Below, one piece after another: positions 1 through 14,188 of a stretch of 64,000 nt of DNA (within the stretch, counting starts at the first letter, position 1; each line of letters starts with the position of its first letter). Source of the stretch: Neocallimastix sp. 'constans' (Eukaryota); the NCBI GenBank assembly GCA_050613775.1, contig JBODTK010000130.1, forward strand, positions 372,001 through 436,000, in the 5' to 3' direction. A model generated the notes under the pieces. The model did not search any database. It saw only the letters and a list, made by a program, of their open reading frames with translations, and had not been told where the DNA came from. The position numbers and the translations under genes are program-made.

Positions 1-9
1 GTTATGTTA

Positions 10-636
10 TGTTAATAGGTTAATAATCTTACAAAAACTTTAAAAGAATGAAATTTCAATTCTTTTTTATAATAATCTAAAATAATAAAACAATATAATT
101 AAATGATACATTTAATCTTAATACATTCATACATGTATATAAACTATATAAAATATAATAATAAATTAATATTGATAAGAATCTTTTAATAAAATAACTA
201 TATAAACATTCATAAAACAATTTGATAATAGAACAATTTAATGATGAAATAAAATAAAAATAAAATGAATTAAAATTTTAAAACTAATTCAAAGTCACTT
301 TTGGAAATCTTAAAATTATAAGGATTTTCTTAGAATCTTTTAGAACCTATTGAATAAATTTATATTAAAATAATTTATATAAAACTTATTAACTTGGTTA
401 AAATATTATAAATTATTATTAATTACTAATTACTAATTACTAATTCTCTACATTTTAATTATTTATATTTGTTTATAAAATTAGTAATATAAATTCAAGT
501 TAAAGTTTTTTTCTATATAAATTATTAATTAATTGTTTAAAGTCTATTTAAAATAATTAAATTATTTTTTGTAATTGAATTTTCTTCAAAGTCCAATATC
601 TCGTCTCCTAGTGGTTCAATTAGATTGAAATTAACA
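10..636 (+). mobile_element. Probable LTR of a decayed Ty3/gypsy element
   Basis: Perfect 7-bp inverted termini TGTTAAT...ATTAACA; a gypsy pol fragment follows at 915. Confidence 0.5.
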
Positions 637-914
637 TATATTGTAGTTCTCAGCCGTAGCTTTCTAATGAATATAGTTTTAGCTGGAATATTATTATAAT
701 ATTTCCATTTCTTGTTGTGTCATCATTATTTTTCTTCTAAATATTTTTATCTATTTCTTAAGGGTTAAATTAAATTAAATTATTTTTAGTAAATGAGTCC
801 AAACCCTTTTATTTCTAATTATTTAATGTTCCTAATATTTATTTTTTATAATTAAAATAGATTTTAAAATAATTTTATTAATAACGAAATTAAATATCAA
901 TTGATCACTTAGCT

Positions 915-1200
915 ATGATAACCCAAGAGGATTCTGCAGCAGAAACGGTCGAGAAAGTGGGGCTAGAGAAGCTATTTTCTATAGGCGAAATAATAGATAA
1001 GTATTATAGAGACTTGACTGAAACCTTCAATGAAGAAATCACCGTGACATTGCCAGAGTACAGGCCATACGATTATAAGATAGAACTAGAGCCTGATGCA
1101 CCACTTTACAAAGGAGCTATTTATCCTACGAGTCCTAGAGAAGAAAAAGCATTAAAAGAATACAGACGAAAATCTGGCTAAAGGGTTCATTACAAGATCA
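915..1200 (+). pseudogene. Ty3/gypsy pol fragment (N-terminal part of RT, Tf2/chromovirus-like)
   Basis: LPEYRPYDYKIELEPDAPLYKGAIYPTSPREEKALKEY matches the LPPHRxYDHxIEL pre-RT motif; after a frameshift it continues ENLAKGFI; the rest is deleted. Confidence 0.8.
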
Positions 1201-1860
1201 GAATATCTAACCCTAACCCCTTATAAGAATTTATTAAAATTTTAATAATAAAAGTTGATTATTAAAATTAATAATCTATAATGTTTATTATAATTTAATG
1301 AACGTTTTAATAATAAAGAATAATTTATAAAAAGTATTTACATGTTTTTATATTTTTCAATGATTTTGAATTATTCATTTTTATAAATAATAAAATAAAT
1401 AAAATAAATAATTGTTATAAATATTTATAAATAAAGTATTAAAATAAATAAGTTAATTATAATTTGTTTATAAAAGTTGAGTTATAAAATAAATAAAATA
1501 TTAATTATTTTAAATAAAAGTAATTTAAGTATTATTTAACTATTTAATTTTAATTTTGAAATGTTTATAAATTTGTATATTTATTATTTACAATTTATTA
1601 AATTTGTTTATTATTTTGTTTATTTGTAATTTTAGGATATTAATTATTAATTTATTTTAGTTTTAATTAAAATTGTTAATAATTAATTAAATTATTATTT
1701 TTTGATTTTCATTTATTTTTTTTAATTAATTTTCTTAAATTGATTTCAAGACTTCTAAAAGAATTAATTTTTGGATTAAGTTTAATAAAAATTGTTATTT
1801 GTTAATATTTTTAAGATTTATAATTTCGTTATTTATCAATAAAAATATGTAACAGATACA

Positions 1861-3224
1861 TGGTAACATTATCCAATAATAGTTCTTTGATTACCTAATG
1901 TATCTATAAACAGTTAGCAATTCTAGCTAATCAAATTAAATCTTTTAATAATTTTAGTACATTAAATTTTATTATTTTATAGTTTATTTTATTAATTGTT
2001 ATTTAGTTATATATAGTTTTATTAGTTGATTAGTAAATCATGTTAAATTAAATTATTTACCAATCATTAAATTATTTACATGTATAAAAATAATTTCACT
2101 TGTAATTGTAACGCACTAGAGTTACTATGTAAATTGTTATCAAATTTATAATATTAAATAAAGAAATAAAAATTAATTATTAAAATTAAATAAATATCTA
2201 GCATAAGCCTAGTAACGATTAACGAATGAAGTTAATTTGTGCTGCTCTATATTCCTTTAAGTGTTAATAAGTAATTAATTAGAATTAGTATTAGTATTTC
2301 ATATAGCTACTCGAATAGAGAGGTATTAAATTATCTTAGTCTTTGTGTCATTTGTTATTCGTTATTTTAGTTAATATTTAACCCACCTTATACAAATTAA
2401 TTTTTATTATTAGGTTTAGGTTATCAAGAATATAGGAAAATACAATTTAGTAAAGAATTATTATGTTGAAATTATAACTGAATTGAAATCTCAATTTCAG
2501 TTATTTACATTTCAATAATTAAAAATATTATTTATTTAATTATAAATAATATATATATTTAAATAATTAATAATTAATATAAATTCTTGTTTAATATTTA
2601 AAGGGTTATCTTAGGCCTAATAATTCTGAGAATATTAATAAATAAGGTTTATATTAATAATTAATTTCAATGATACATTTGACGTCACGTGTATTTTATT
2701 TATATTATGTTTTTATATATGTTTACAAGATATCTATATTAAATTCAATTATTCAAATTAATTATATAATTAAATTTATCCTTATATTTTATTAGTATTT
2801 ATATTACTATATTATTACTATCTTATAATTAAATATTATTATTATGTAACTTACAAAGTATAAAAGAAAGATGTAAAAATCTCTCTTTTATGTTCTTTGT
2901 AAGGTTATTGTAAAATTACCTTAATAGTAATATATAATAGATATTTTATTATTAAATAAAATCAATAAATTTAAAATCAAATTAATTTGATAATTCTAAT
3001 TATCAAAATTTATTATAAATAAATTTTTATTAAACTAAACATTTAAATATTTATTATTATTATTATATATCTATATAGTATATTACTATATAGACATATC
3101 GACTTAGTGAATATTTTTAATAAAACATTATTTTATTTAAATTTAAACTATAAATTATATCAAAATCTTAACATATTAATAATATTTTATAATAAAATAA
3201 AGGTTATTAATTCATTCTTTACCA
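1861..3224 (+). mobile_element. Old LTR (TGGTAA...TTACCA), interrupted by a solo LTR
   Basis: Perfect 6-bp inverted termini, followed by AAAA-TGGGGCG (PBS-like). Its 3' ~110 bp recur at 8355-8462. Confidence 0.6.
2464..3173. mobile_element. Solo LTR nested in an older LTR, 5-bp TSD TATTA
   Basis: TGTTGA...TTAACA ends with TATTA at 2459-2463 and 3174-3178. Removing it restores the sequence seen uninterrupted at 8371-8462. Confidence 0.75.
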
Positions 3225-3544
3225 AAAATGGGGCGATTTGTTGTACTTTTTTTTATTTAATTTATTAATTTTTTTATTTTTTATTAATTTATTATATTTA
3301 TTTATTTACTATTATGATTATTCCTTAATAATCAATTTTTATTATTTTTCTATCCATCTATCTAAAAAATATTTTTTTACTATTATATGACTTATTTATA
3401 TACATTTTTAATGTTTATATTATATTAACAATACTCCGACAATTATTTTAGTTTAACAATTATTTAAAAGTTATTTTTAATTTTCTAATTTACATTTTTA
3501 ATTATTTACAATTAAATATAAACATTAATATTTTATAGGTTAAA

Positions 3545-3690
3545 TACAGACAAAAACTAATTATAATTAAATTTAAACATTAATAGTTTATAATTTATAT
3601 TCCGACAAAAACTTATTATAATTAAATTTAAACATTAATAATTTATAATTTATATTCCGACAAAACATATTATAATTAAACATTAATACT
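3545..3690. repeat. ~55-bp tandem repeat, about 2.5 copies
   Basis: Unit ccgacaaaaacttattataattaaatttaaacattaataatttataatttatatt. Confidence 0.75.
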
Positions 3691-4310
3691 AGGTTGTTAT
3701 TTTATTATTTTTCATTAATTATACTTAATAAGTAATATTATAATATTAAATTTAAAATAAAGTTTAATATTTTATTAATCTAAAATTTAATTATGTTATT
3801 CATGTTATTTAATTAGTTAGGGATTACTCTAATGATTAGATTATATTTGGTTTTAATATAACTTGGTTGGAATGCTTTAAACTAATAACTTTTTTATTAT
3901 AATTAAATTTTATTTTATCAGTGTTCTTATAGAATTTTATTATATTTTTATTTTATTATTTTATTTGATTTTATTTAATAATATTTTTTAATGAATGAAG
4001 TTATCAGATTATTAAAATATTAATAATCTTACGAAGATTATTTAAAACATTTAATTCACTATTCTTTTATACATAAAAAATAAACAATTAAAAAGTTATA
4101 TAATAATAAATAAAAAATAAACAATTAATTATACTTTAAAAAGTATAAATTATATTCAACAATTTTATTATTATTATTATTTAATAATAATAAATAATAT
4201 ATATTTATATTGTAAAAGGATTTTGAGGCGTATGATCATACTAAATAATGATTAATTTGTTATGGTAATGAGGCTTATATAGCTCATCGAGTTATATCCT
4301 TTACATTCTT

Positions 4311-4950
4311 TGTTAAAGTTTTAAGTGATAATTTGATCTTAACGATTAGGTCAAGATGCCAAATTATAGTAATTAATTAATAATTTAATTTTACTCTTAT
4401 TTAAAACATATTATTATTAGTGAATTTTATAATTAAGTTTTTATTTAAAATATAAATTTTATTTAATCTTAATATTATTTTATTACATTATTATTTTATA
4501 TAATTATTACTATAATTTAAATTACAATAATCCTACAAAGGATTAATCAAAAGATTTAAACATGTATTTATATAGAATAATTAATTATTAAAATATTAAT
4601 TATTAATATGAATATGTAAATAATATTAATAAAAGTTTGATATTGATAATATAAAATAAGATAATAATATAAATATTTAATATAAATAAAGTATAAGAAT
4701 CTAATATAGCTAAATATTATATTTTATAATTAAAATATAATATGTAGAAGTTAATTTAATATGACAATCACGTGTTTACATTATTTAATATATATTAATT
4801 TCAATATGTTAATAATATTTAGTCAATTAGTTGGCCTAGACTATTTTCTAAATATTTTAATAATAATTATTATATTATTAATTATTAATATTGAAATTCA
4901 AATAACTGAATTATTGAAATTGAAATTGAAATTCAGTTATTATCTTAACA
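4311..4950. mobile_element. Solo LTR with 5-bp TSD TTCTT, related to 2464-3173 but inverted
   Basis: TGTTAA...TTAACA with TTCTT at 4306-4310 and 4951-4955. The reverse complement of its right end resembles the start of 2464-3173 (ataactgaatt...ttcagttattt, taggcc, cacgtg). Confidence 0.7.
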
Positions 4951-5363
4951 TTCTTGTTAAAGTATTAATAATTTTAATATTTTTCTGAATGATATGTTTC
5001 AAAAATGTAAAGAATAATAATTAATTTTTATTAAAATAAAAAATAATTATTAATCTTTATTAAATAAAATAATAATTATTTAATAAAATTTATTAACTTT
5101 ATTATAAAATATTTTTAATATAAAATTATTATTAATAATTTAAAATTAATATTGTAAAATTATTATTCTTTATCATTGTATTAATTAATAATATTAAAAT
5201 AATTAAACATTAATATTTTTTATATTTGTTAAAATTCATTTGATAATTAAATGTTAAGTTTTAATTTAAATAATTGTTACATTAATATAATTTTAAACAA
5301 ATCTAATATAAATTATAGAATTATAATTTAGAAATAATTATAAAATTATATTAAAAATCATAA

Positions 5364-5916
5364 TGTAACAAATCAAATGAAAAAAGAATAATTATTATTT
5401 AAAAAATTAATTAAAATAAAACAATGTCATGTATAATTGACATTGTTTAAATAAAACAAACGTTAATTGAAGTTTTCTGATTGGAAAATATCGGTTTTTA
5501 TTCAATTAACATATGATCAATTTTATTAATAATTGATCATTAAACTTTTTAGGTTTTTCTCCCAAATCTTTTCCTAAAAAGATATTCATTAAGATTTGGA
5601 ACTTTACTATAAATAATTCTTGATTTTCTTTATTTTGAAAATCAAGAGTTATTATTATAATATAATTATAATAATAAACAAAATAAATTTTTAATTATTT
5701 TAAAAATAACAAAATCTTAATAAAAATTATTTTAATAAAAATAAAAATTTTTATGAAATATTGGCATAATTAAATCTCTTATAATAAACTCCTCCATCTA
5801 TTTTGTGTGTTAAGTATTTTCTTTTATTTTTGTTTTATTCCTCGATTAATATTAATTATTAGTATTAATTGTAGAAAAGGATTAAATTTAATTAAGTTTA
5901 AATTTAATTCTTTACA
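5364..5916 (+). mobile_element. LTR-like element with TATA plus palindrome motif
   Basis: TGTAA...TTACA ends; TATAAATA followed by tcttgattttc...gaaaatcaaga, a motif shared with 6456-7454, 16354-17255 and 51630-51953. Confidence 0.5.
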
Positions 5917-5922
5917 AAAAAA

Positions 5923-6380
5923 TGATACAAGATTTTTAACTTGTATAGGGATCAGGGTGTAATCTTATGCTTAAACACTTAATAAATTCTATAAGAATAA
6001 TTATACTTTAACAATAATAATTCACACAATAATTTAAATATGTTAATCTTTTATTATTATTTATCTTTATTTAATTTAAGTACAACCAATTATGCAATTA
6101 TCATTCTATTATAATCTATATAAGAATATTAATTACTCCTCTAATTCAATATTATTATATAATTATCTCTAGAATATTTTATACATATCTCTTCCTTAAA
6201 CTAACTAACTCCCTGCTTATTTATATTCTTTTAATATTATACTAAATATAAAATAAACTATTTTAACTTTAAAAACTATATTATTCTTACTATCAACAAT
6301 TTTACTAATTTTAACTATTTATTAATATTTCTTATCAAGACGTCCCCCCTGAGATTAGACTTCGTCCCCTGAAGTCTTCT
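5923..6380 (-). mobile_element. 3' LTR (5923-6337) plus PPT of a gypsy element related to element C
   Basis: TGATA...TATCA termini. The minus strand reads gacttcaggggacgaagtctaatctcaggggggacgtct|tgat, matching the PPT region of element C at 59591-59633. Confidence 0.7.
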
Positions 6381-6400
6381 GTTAGGTTACTTGATACACT

Positions 6401-6442
<42 letters not shown>

Positions 6443-6455
6443 TTGTTTAATCTAC

Positions 6456-7454
6456 TGTAATAATTTAATTAAAAAATTATAATTAAATTATTAATCATTA
6501 ATATTAGCTCTAACTGCTAATATTAAAGGTTTAGAAAAGAATCATACTTACCTATGGTTCTTTCTAATTATCGAGTTTATTATAACGAATTATAATAGAC
6601 GAAACACTAAAATTGATAAGGAAAAGTTTTAATTATAAAATTTGTTTTATTAAAATAATTTGTTTTATTATTTATTAAAAATTTTAAATGTTAAAACTTA
6701 TTGTTATTATTATTATATTATAATTGTTATAATAATAACTCTTGATTTCTCAAAGAGAACTCAAGAGCCTTATTTATACTTTTTTGTCAAAATAAGGTTA
6801 AAATCAAAAGGGGTTCTAATCTTAACAAATCTCTTATCTAGGAAAAGACTAGAAGAAAAACCTAGATAAGTTTTTTGATCGATATTCTATCCATATCGAT
6901 CATCGCGTTAATTAAGTAAAACCGATTACTTTTAAGAAGTAATTGGAAAAACCTTAATTAACCGATTACTTAATCTAATATAATGATCGAAAATAAAAGA
7001 ATAAAATAATGAAAATTATTTCGATCATAAAATTTAAAATTTAATCTATTTAGTTCTATTTTATAGAACTTTACATAAAAAATATAAAACAATACATTAA
7101 TAATAAAATACATGATTAATACAATACAGAATACATGATAGAATACAGAATACATGATAAAATACAGAATAGTGTTTTAGTTTATGATTTAATAAGTGAG
7201 AGAAAACTAAAACTAATAAATTTAATAATTAAGTGAATAATTAAATAAATTTAATATTATTTTAAATGTATAAAAATTATTTGATTAAATAAATTTTTAA
7301 TATTAAACTAAATAAAATTTTAATATATAATTAAATAAATTATTAATTATAATTAATTGTATAAATGAAATATGAGTTAAATAAAAGTTATATTAATTAT
7401 AACCTAACTAAGAAAATATAATTATTTTGTTAAAAATAATTATAGATTCTTACA
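6456..7454 (-). mobile_element. ~1 kb solo LTR
   Basis: TGTAA...TTACA termini; collinear similarity to 16354-17255; no clean TSD. Confidence 0.65.
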
Positions 7455-8354
7455 TACAAATGGTAGACTCGGGGTTGACACTTAGATATTTAAAATCAAG
7501 CAGGGGGGGACGGGTATTACCCTGCTTTGATTTTAAAAAAAATAATTCTTTATTAAAAGTTATTTATTTTTTTTATTAATATAAAATTTTATTATTTAAA
7601 GTACACATATTTAATTTTTAAGAAATTGTTACAATATTTATATTTTTTTATAAATTTAAAGTATAATTAATTGTTTATAATTTAAGTAATTTTATAGAAT
7701 TATTGAATTAATTTTATATCAATAATTCATTTTTGTTTTAATTTTTATAAATATAATAATATAATATTCAAATATAATTTAATTAAAAATAATTATAAAA
7801 TAAATATATAGAAAATAGTTTTTACTATTTTCTTTGATATTTTTAAGTTAAATAAATTGTTTTTAAAGATTAATACAATAAATTTAATAATCTTTAATTA
7901 TTTTAAATAATACTTGTAATTATTTTTAAAAATAAAATAAAATTTTTATAATATTTAATTAATAAATTTGATAATAATAATTTTTATAATAAGTAAAAAT
8001 TTTTAATAATAATTTTTAATAATAAATTTAATTAATAATCTTAATAATTTTATAATAATATTTAATAGTTATAATATATAAATTTTTATAATAATATTTA
8101 ATAATTTTAATAATTTTATAATATTAATAATTTATAATAATTTTTAGAATAATATTTAATTAATAATTTTAATAATTTTATAATAATTTTTATAATAATA
8201 TTTAATTAATAGTTTTAATAGTTTAGTATCTTAAAAGTATAATTTTAATATTTACAATTGTATTTTAATATACATATATTTAATAATATAACAATAAAAT
8301 AATTAATTAAAATTTATTTACATTATTTACAAGTTAAAATTAATTTATATTAAA

Positions 8355-8462
8355 ATAAATTAAATTTTATTATTAAGTTTAGGTTATCAAGAATATAGGA
8401 AAGTACAATTTAGTAAAGAATTATTAATAATAAAATAAAGGTTATTAATTCATTCTTTACCA
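8355..8462 (+). mobile_element. 3' end remnant of the old TGGTAA...TTACCA LTR, 4 bp from element A
   Basis: Near-identical to 2390-2463 joined to 3179-3224; ends CTTTACCA, then CAAA, then element A. Confidence 0.75.
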
Positions 8463-9277
8463 CAAATGGTATGGTTCATATAATTTTAGGAATATAATAA
8501 TAATTAACACAAATAATAAAATTACAATAAAAAAAATAATTTGTTTTAAAATCAATATTTATTTATTTAAATTTATAAAAGAAAAAATAATAATATAATT
8601 ATTTATTTAATAAAAAGAAAGTTATTGATTATATTTTATTTCACTAAAATTACATGTATTTATATTTTTTTATCAAATTAAAATTTGTAAAGCCTAACTA
8701 TTTTTTTAATAAACTAATTACTAATTATTTTTATAAATAAAACATTTAAATTGAAATTGAATTATTATTTTAGTTAATAATATTATTGTTATAAATAGTA
8801 GTTATATATTATTGAATTATTAATTATTTAATAATAGTTTAATACTAATATATATAAAATAAAAATAAAGAGATTATACAGAATATTTTATTGTGGTTTA
8901 GTTAAATTTAGTAATTAAAAATAAATTTAAATTGATAACGAAAATTTTAATAACTAATTAAATAGATTTGATTATTTTCAATATAACATAATACAAAAGA
9001 AATATAATATTAATATATTAAGTGGGCAAGGACAATATTCTTGGCTAAAGATTTTTAATACATTATAATGGAATCGGATCGATAATTCAAAAAGGAATTA
9101 TAAGTTAATTAGTGATTTATTAACTTAAGATTGCTATTTAGTAATATTTGAAGAATATTGGAAAGTTCCAATTATATAGAATAGAATAATCTATAAGGTT
9201 AGAATAATTTATATTATTCTAGCACAATTAGTATTATTTGTTCATTCTGTATTAAGATGCCCCCGCTAAGACTCAAG

Positions 9278-12200
9278 CTAGGTAGAAGCTGAGTTAAACT
9301 TGACAATATTTTTCAAATGAACATTACGATTCATTTGTATATTAGTAGCAGGATCAGCTAAAGTGACTGTATTGAATTGTTTCTTTACCACTTTCATAGG
9401 TCCAACAAAGTAAGGTTCTAATTTAGTTCGATTAAAGTTTCTTACTAGTACTAAATCACCTGGTTTTATTCTTTTAGCTTGATTCATACTGGTCTTTTCT
9501 TCTCTCCTAGTAGCCCAATATTTCGAAGCATTTTTGATATTAGATGCGGCCTCCATTACCCATTGGTAGTGTGATACAAATTTTTCCAGTAGAATTTCGT
9601 CAGAAGACTTATTTATACCCTTAGTTGGTCTGGCACCAATGTCAAAAGGTTGTTGGTCTTCCCTTCCATAAACTAATTCAAAACTTGAATGGTTGGTGAT
9701 TGAGTTTTTAGTAGTTCTTAAAGCCCAAAGTGCAGATGGTAAAATTTCATCCCATTCTTTGTGTTGTTGTCCTAGTAATCGTAATAATTTTCCAATTTCT
9801 TTATTACGATTCTCAACTAAACCATTGCTTTCAGGATGATATGGAGTGATAAATTTAACATATACATCATATAAATCAAGGAAGATTTTTGTCATATCTG
9901 ATGTAAATTGTGTTCCATTATCAGTAGTGATAATTTGAGGTACACCGTGTCGAGCAAATACATTAATTAAAAATTTTATCACATCCTGAGAAGTAACATT
10001 TTCAGTGGGCTCTGCCTCAACCCATTTAGTAAAATAATCAACCACAACGATTATATATTGATTATTATTTCTGGTTTTACTTAGAGGTCCTATAATGTCC
10101 AATCCTAAGTGTGTAAATGGTCCTTCCACTTCAGTTGGTTTATCTTCCGTTGGTTCAGGGTATGGTTGAGATTTATTTAATTGACATTTTTCACATTTAC
10201 CTATAATTCGCTTAATGTCATTAACCATATTGTTCCAATAGTAGCTCTTTTTCAAACGTTGGTATGTCTTGTAATAGCCTTCGTGTCCTATACTGTGTGC
10301 TTGAAAAATTAATTGAAGTTTTTCTTTTGTATCTGTAACTAATTTTCTATAATTATTGCCATCAACAAAGTAGTCCACACCATCAATTGTCGTAAATTTT
10401 TCTTCAATAAATTCCTTAATGGTTCTTGAAAGCAGGTTTTCATCTTGTTCCTTGATAATTTGTGTTGTTAAGACAACTTTTTCTTTTTCATTTTTCATTC
10501 TTGATAAAGCATCTGCGACAACATTATTCTTTCCAGTTTCATATCGTAAATCAATTCCTAACATACTGACAGTCAAACACCATCTAGTATGACGAGAATT
10601 TTGTGGTTCCTTACTTTTAAGTAATCCGATTAATGGTCTATGATCTGTATATACTATAGTTTGCTTAGGATTTCCCATAATATAAGATTTTAATTTATTA
10701 ATATAGTAAATTAGAGCAGCACCTTCTAGATCCGTAATTCCATAATTCTTTTCCGATTTAGATAAACTTCTACTAATATAATGAACCGGATGCTCCTTTC
10801 CAGTTTCATCATCCTTTTGTAAAAGCACACCGCCTATTCCATCATAGGAAGCATCTGTTCTTATAATAAATTCTCTATCAAATCTAGGAAATCTTAATAT
10901 TGGGGCATTGATTAATCTTTCCTTAAGAATTTTAAAACTTTCTTCTTGTTCCTTTTTCCATTCAAACTTAATACTTTTTCTTAATAGAGTGCAGAGAGGA
11001 GCAGTAACTTTTGCAAAGTCCTTAATAAAATTTCTATAATATCCAATGGCTCCTAAAAATGATCGAAGTTCATGAATGTTAGAGGGAGCCTTCCATTCTT
11101 TAATAGCTTCAATTTTGTTTTCCAATGGACTTAAACCTTCTGAGGATACTTTATGTCCCAGTACTTCTACTTCAGTTTGCATGAAAGAACACTTTTCGAT
11201 ATTGATTTTTAACTTATGTTCCTTGAATATTTCTAAGACTTGTTTAAGATGTTCTATGTGTTCTTCTTCAGTTCTTGAGTAGATTAAAATATCATCGATA
11301 AAGTTATATACGCATTTTCCTATTAAGGGAAATAGTATACGGTTCATTTCTCTTTGGAATGTAGCTGGAGCACCTGTTAAACCGAAGGGCATTACCTTGA
11401 ATTGGTAGTTTCCGAACTTAGTTGTAAAGGTAGTGATTTCAACACTATCATCATCCATTAATATTTGATGATAACCGGAATAAAGATCTAATGTTGAGAA
11501 GATTTTTGCTCCATCTAAGCTATCAAAAATTTCCTCAATATTTGGTAAAGAATAAGAATCCTTCTTAGTTGCTTCATTTACTTTCCTATAGTCAATACAC
11601 AGGCGCCATTTACCGTTCTTTTTAGGCACAAGTACTACTGGTGATGACCATTCTGAACATGAAGGTTCAATTAATCGTTTATATATGAGTTTGGTTAATT
11701 CTTCTTTTAAGATATCTGTTTTTAATTTACTAAGTCGATAAAATTTTTGTTTAATAGGTTTAACTCCTTCCTTAAGAATAATTTTGTGTGGTGATAAATC
11801 TGAAGGTGTTAATTCTTCAGAAGAAGTTGCAATTATATCAATATATTCTTCAAGTAATTTAGTAATAGCTTCTCTATAATTTGAATTAATTGTACTTTGA
11901 AAAACTGTGTCATATATATATTTTATGGGTGGTAATCCTTCAATCGTTTTCAATTGTTGCTTAGCTTCTTGGTGATTCAATGCTTTGATTACACATAATA
12001 ATTTTTCCTCGTCATCATATTCATTATTAATAGGTGCAATTTCTTCAATTAAACCTTGATCATTAAATCGACAAAGACTATATCTAATTGGATGTATAAA
12101 TAACTGGTTATCAATTTGAGTTTTGAGGTTGATTAATATATCATAGAATGGATCCTCCTTGTCTATAATTCTACACGTAACAAGTAGTTCTAGTTCATTA

Positions 12201-13283
12201 ATTTTTACGGGAACTTTGATTAACACATCTTCTGAGTAATCATCATTCATCGTTGCTAAACGTATTCGTCCTGCACTAACTCCTATAGGTTCATACTGAT
12301 AAGGTAATTTATCTAAAAATTGCTTTGTGATAATACTTAAGTTGCTACATGAATCTATTAAAGCCTTACCACGAACTCCATCTACTATTACATCAACCAT
12401 AGCAATATCATCTTCTTGTGGTTCATGATGTTTACTTTTATATGTATGATCTATATTGTTCGTTATTATTGTAGAAGCACACATATTATCCACTGCACCT
12501 GAAATTTTAGTATTATTCTTTTCTAATTTAAGTCCTTGTGATACTTGAGACCGTATCTTTGGAGCAACGTCCAATAATTGTCCAAATGTAATATTGCAAT
12601 TACTGGAGTTTAAATCTTTGATCACGTCATAACTATCACAATCAGTTTGCATTTGTATTCTTTTTGGAATTCTAGTTGGCATAATTTCAGTTGACTTTTC
12701 TGATGATTTTTCTTGAATTAATTTATTTAAAGTTTGTTTAGAATTATTTCCTTCCTGAGAAGTTTCTTCATTAATAACATTAACATTACTATTATTATTA
12801 TTATTTTCCACAGAAGTACTAGTACTAGCTCTTTCCTTATCTCTTAGCTCTTTCTCAATTCTCTTTTCTTTTTCTATTCTAGGTTGAACCATAATCGAAG
12901 GATGTAATTGAGTTGTTGGCTTTTTGACTGGTCGCGATGTTCCCCTTAATTGATTTTCTTTTTGTTTTCGTAAACCTGGAGTAACTATTGGCCTTAGGAT
13001 CATCTCTTAGACTACGGTGAACCCTCTTTCCTCTTTGGTCACTAGTCTCTTCATCTTTAGGATTTGCCTTTCTCTTTATAACGTTTACTAAGTAATCCAA
13101 TTCTTTGGAACCATCCGACTCATCATCAAAATCTTCGTAATAATCCGTAGTAGTACCTTCTTGGAAATCAGCAGTTTCTTCATAATCATCATCTTCTTTT
13201 AAGTCAACTATTTTGGAACGATGGCAGACTGAAGCAATTTTTTTGACGATGGGAGTGCTTCTACTCCCTTTTAGTGGTTTAAA
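9278..13283 (-). pseudogene. pol: Pol polyprotein (protease, RT, RNase H, integrase) with a +1 frameshift at 12992-12993
   Basis: LIDSCS protease, WRLCIDYR/MPFGL/FIDD RT, TDAS RNase H, HHCC and DDE integrase. It carries one extra base relative to the intact copy B. Confidence 0.92.
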
Positions 13284-14188
13284 TGATTTTCATAAAACTT
13301 CTTGCGGTTATTTTCCAATATAGAATTTAATTTAGGACAGTTTCGTTTGGTATGTCCTTCATTGCTACAAAACCAGCAAGTACTAATTTTCATTTCTTTC
13401 ATCTTGTTAGTGATATTTTCTATAGATACATTTTTGTGGGTTTTTGGTTTGTTAAAATCATTTGAAATGTTCTTATTAAAATTACTTTTAGAGTTAAGGA
13501 GATTGTAACGAGTCTTATCATAATATTCAGTACTATTTTTAATAGATAAACGATCAACTTTTTCGGCTATAGCGAACGCTTTGGTAATAGAAATATGGTC
13601 TTTAAGCATAACCTTTCTCCATGCGTCAGGATTATTGGTTAAGGAATCTGCATAATCTAAAACACTAATTTTTCTTCTTCTCTTTTTATCCAATTTATGG
13701 TACAAAGATCTATAACGGACATTAAAATCTTTAACTTTCTCGTTCCTCTTTATTTTCATGGAACGTAATTCTCGTAACAAATTGGTTTGATCTTCTTTAA
13801 GTCCATAGAAAGTCTTCAGATGATTTATGATTTCATCAAGGCTTGGGTAGGTGCTAGTAGATTCACTTTCTTCATCATCTTCTCCTTCACTATCGCTATC
13901 GAAATCAGAATCTTCATCTTCAGTAAGGTCATTTCCATCTTCTAGTTCTTGGATAATTTCTCTTGGTTCTCCAGAAGCCGTTAATATACAAGCAGTAAAA
14001 ATAGTTTCAGGATCCTTGATATGTTGGTATTTTATCCATGCCTTTAACTCATTTGCCCAGGAGTTGATGTCAAGGTTTTGTTTAGTAAGCTTTTCAAAAT
14101 CTTTTAATTCTTTCTTTAATTCTCTGAAGCTAAGCTTACTTTCTGGAGTACTCTCTGTTGGAGTACTGGAAGTACTGGATGTTCTCAT
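13271..14188 (-). CDS. gag: Gag with CCHC zinc knuckle
   Basis: 305 aa; CWFCSNEGHTKRNC; lies between the PBS and pol. Confidence 0.92.
   Translation of the reverse strand: MRTSSTSSTPTESTPESKLSFRELKKELKDFEKLTKQNLDINSWANELKAWIKYQHIKDPETIFTACILTASGEPREIIQELEDGNDLTEDEDSDFDSDSEGEDDEESESTSTYPSLDEIINHLKTFYGLKEDQTNLLRELRSMKIKRNEKVKDFNVRYRSLYHKLDKKRRRKISVLDYADSLTNNPDAWRKVMLKDHISITKAFAIAEKVDRLSIKNSTEYYDKTRYNLLNSKSNFNKNISNDFNKPKTHKNVSIENITNKMKEMKISTCWFCSNEGHTKRNCPKLNSILENNRKKFYENHLNH

Noticed and set aside
1207..1221. CTAACCCTAACCC telomere-like motif at the pol fragment breakpoint
   Set aside because: Only about two units; too short to call telomere healing.
3435..3690. Recurring ccgacaa units resembling a CRISPR array
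   Set aside because: The intervening sequence is also repeated, so it is a plain tandem repeat; eukaryotic context and no cas genes.
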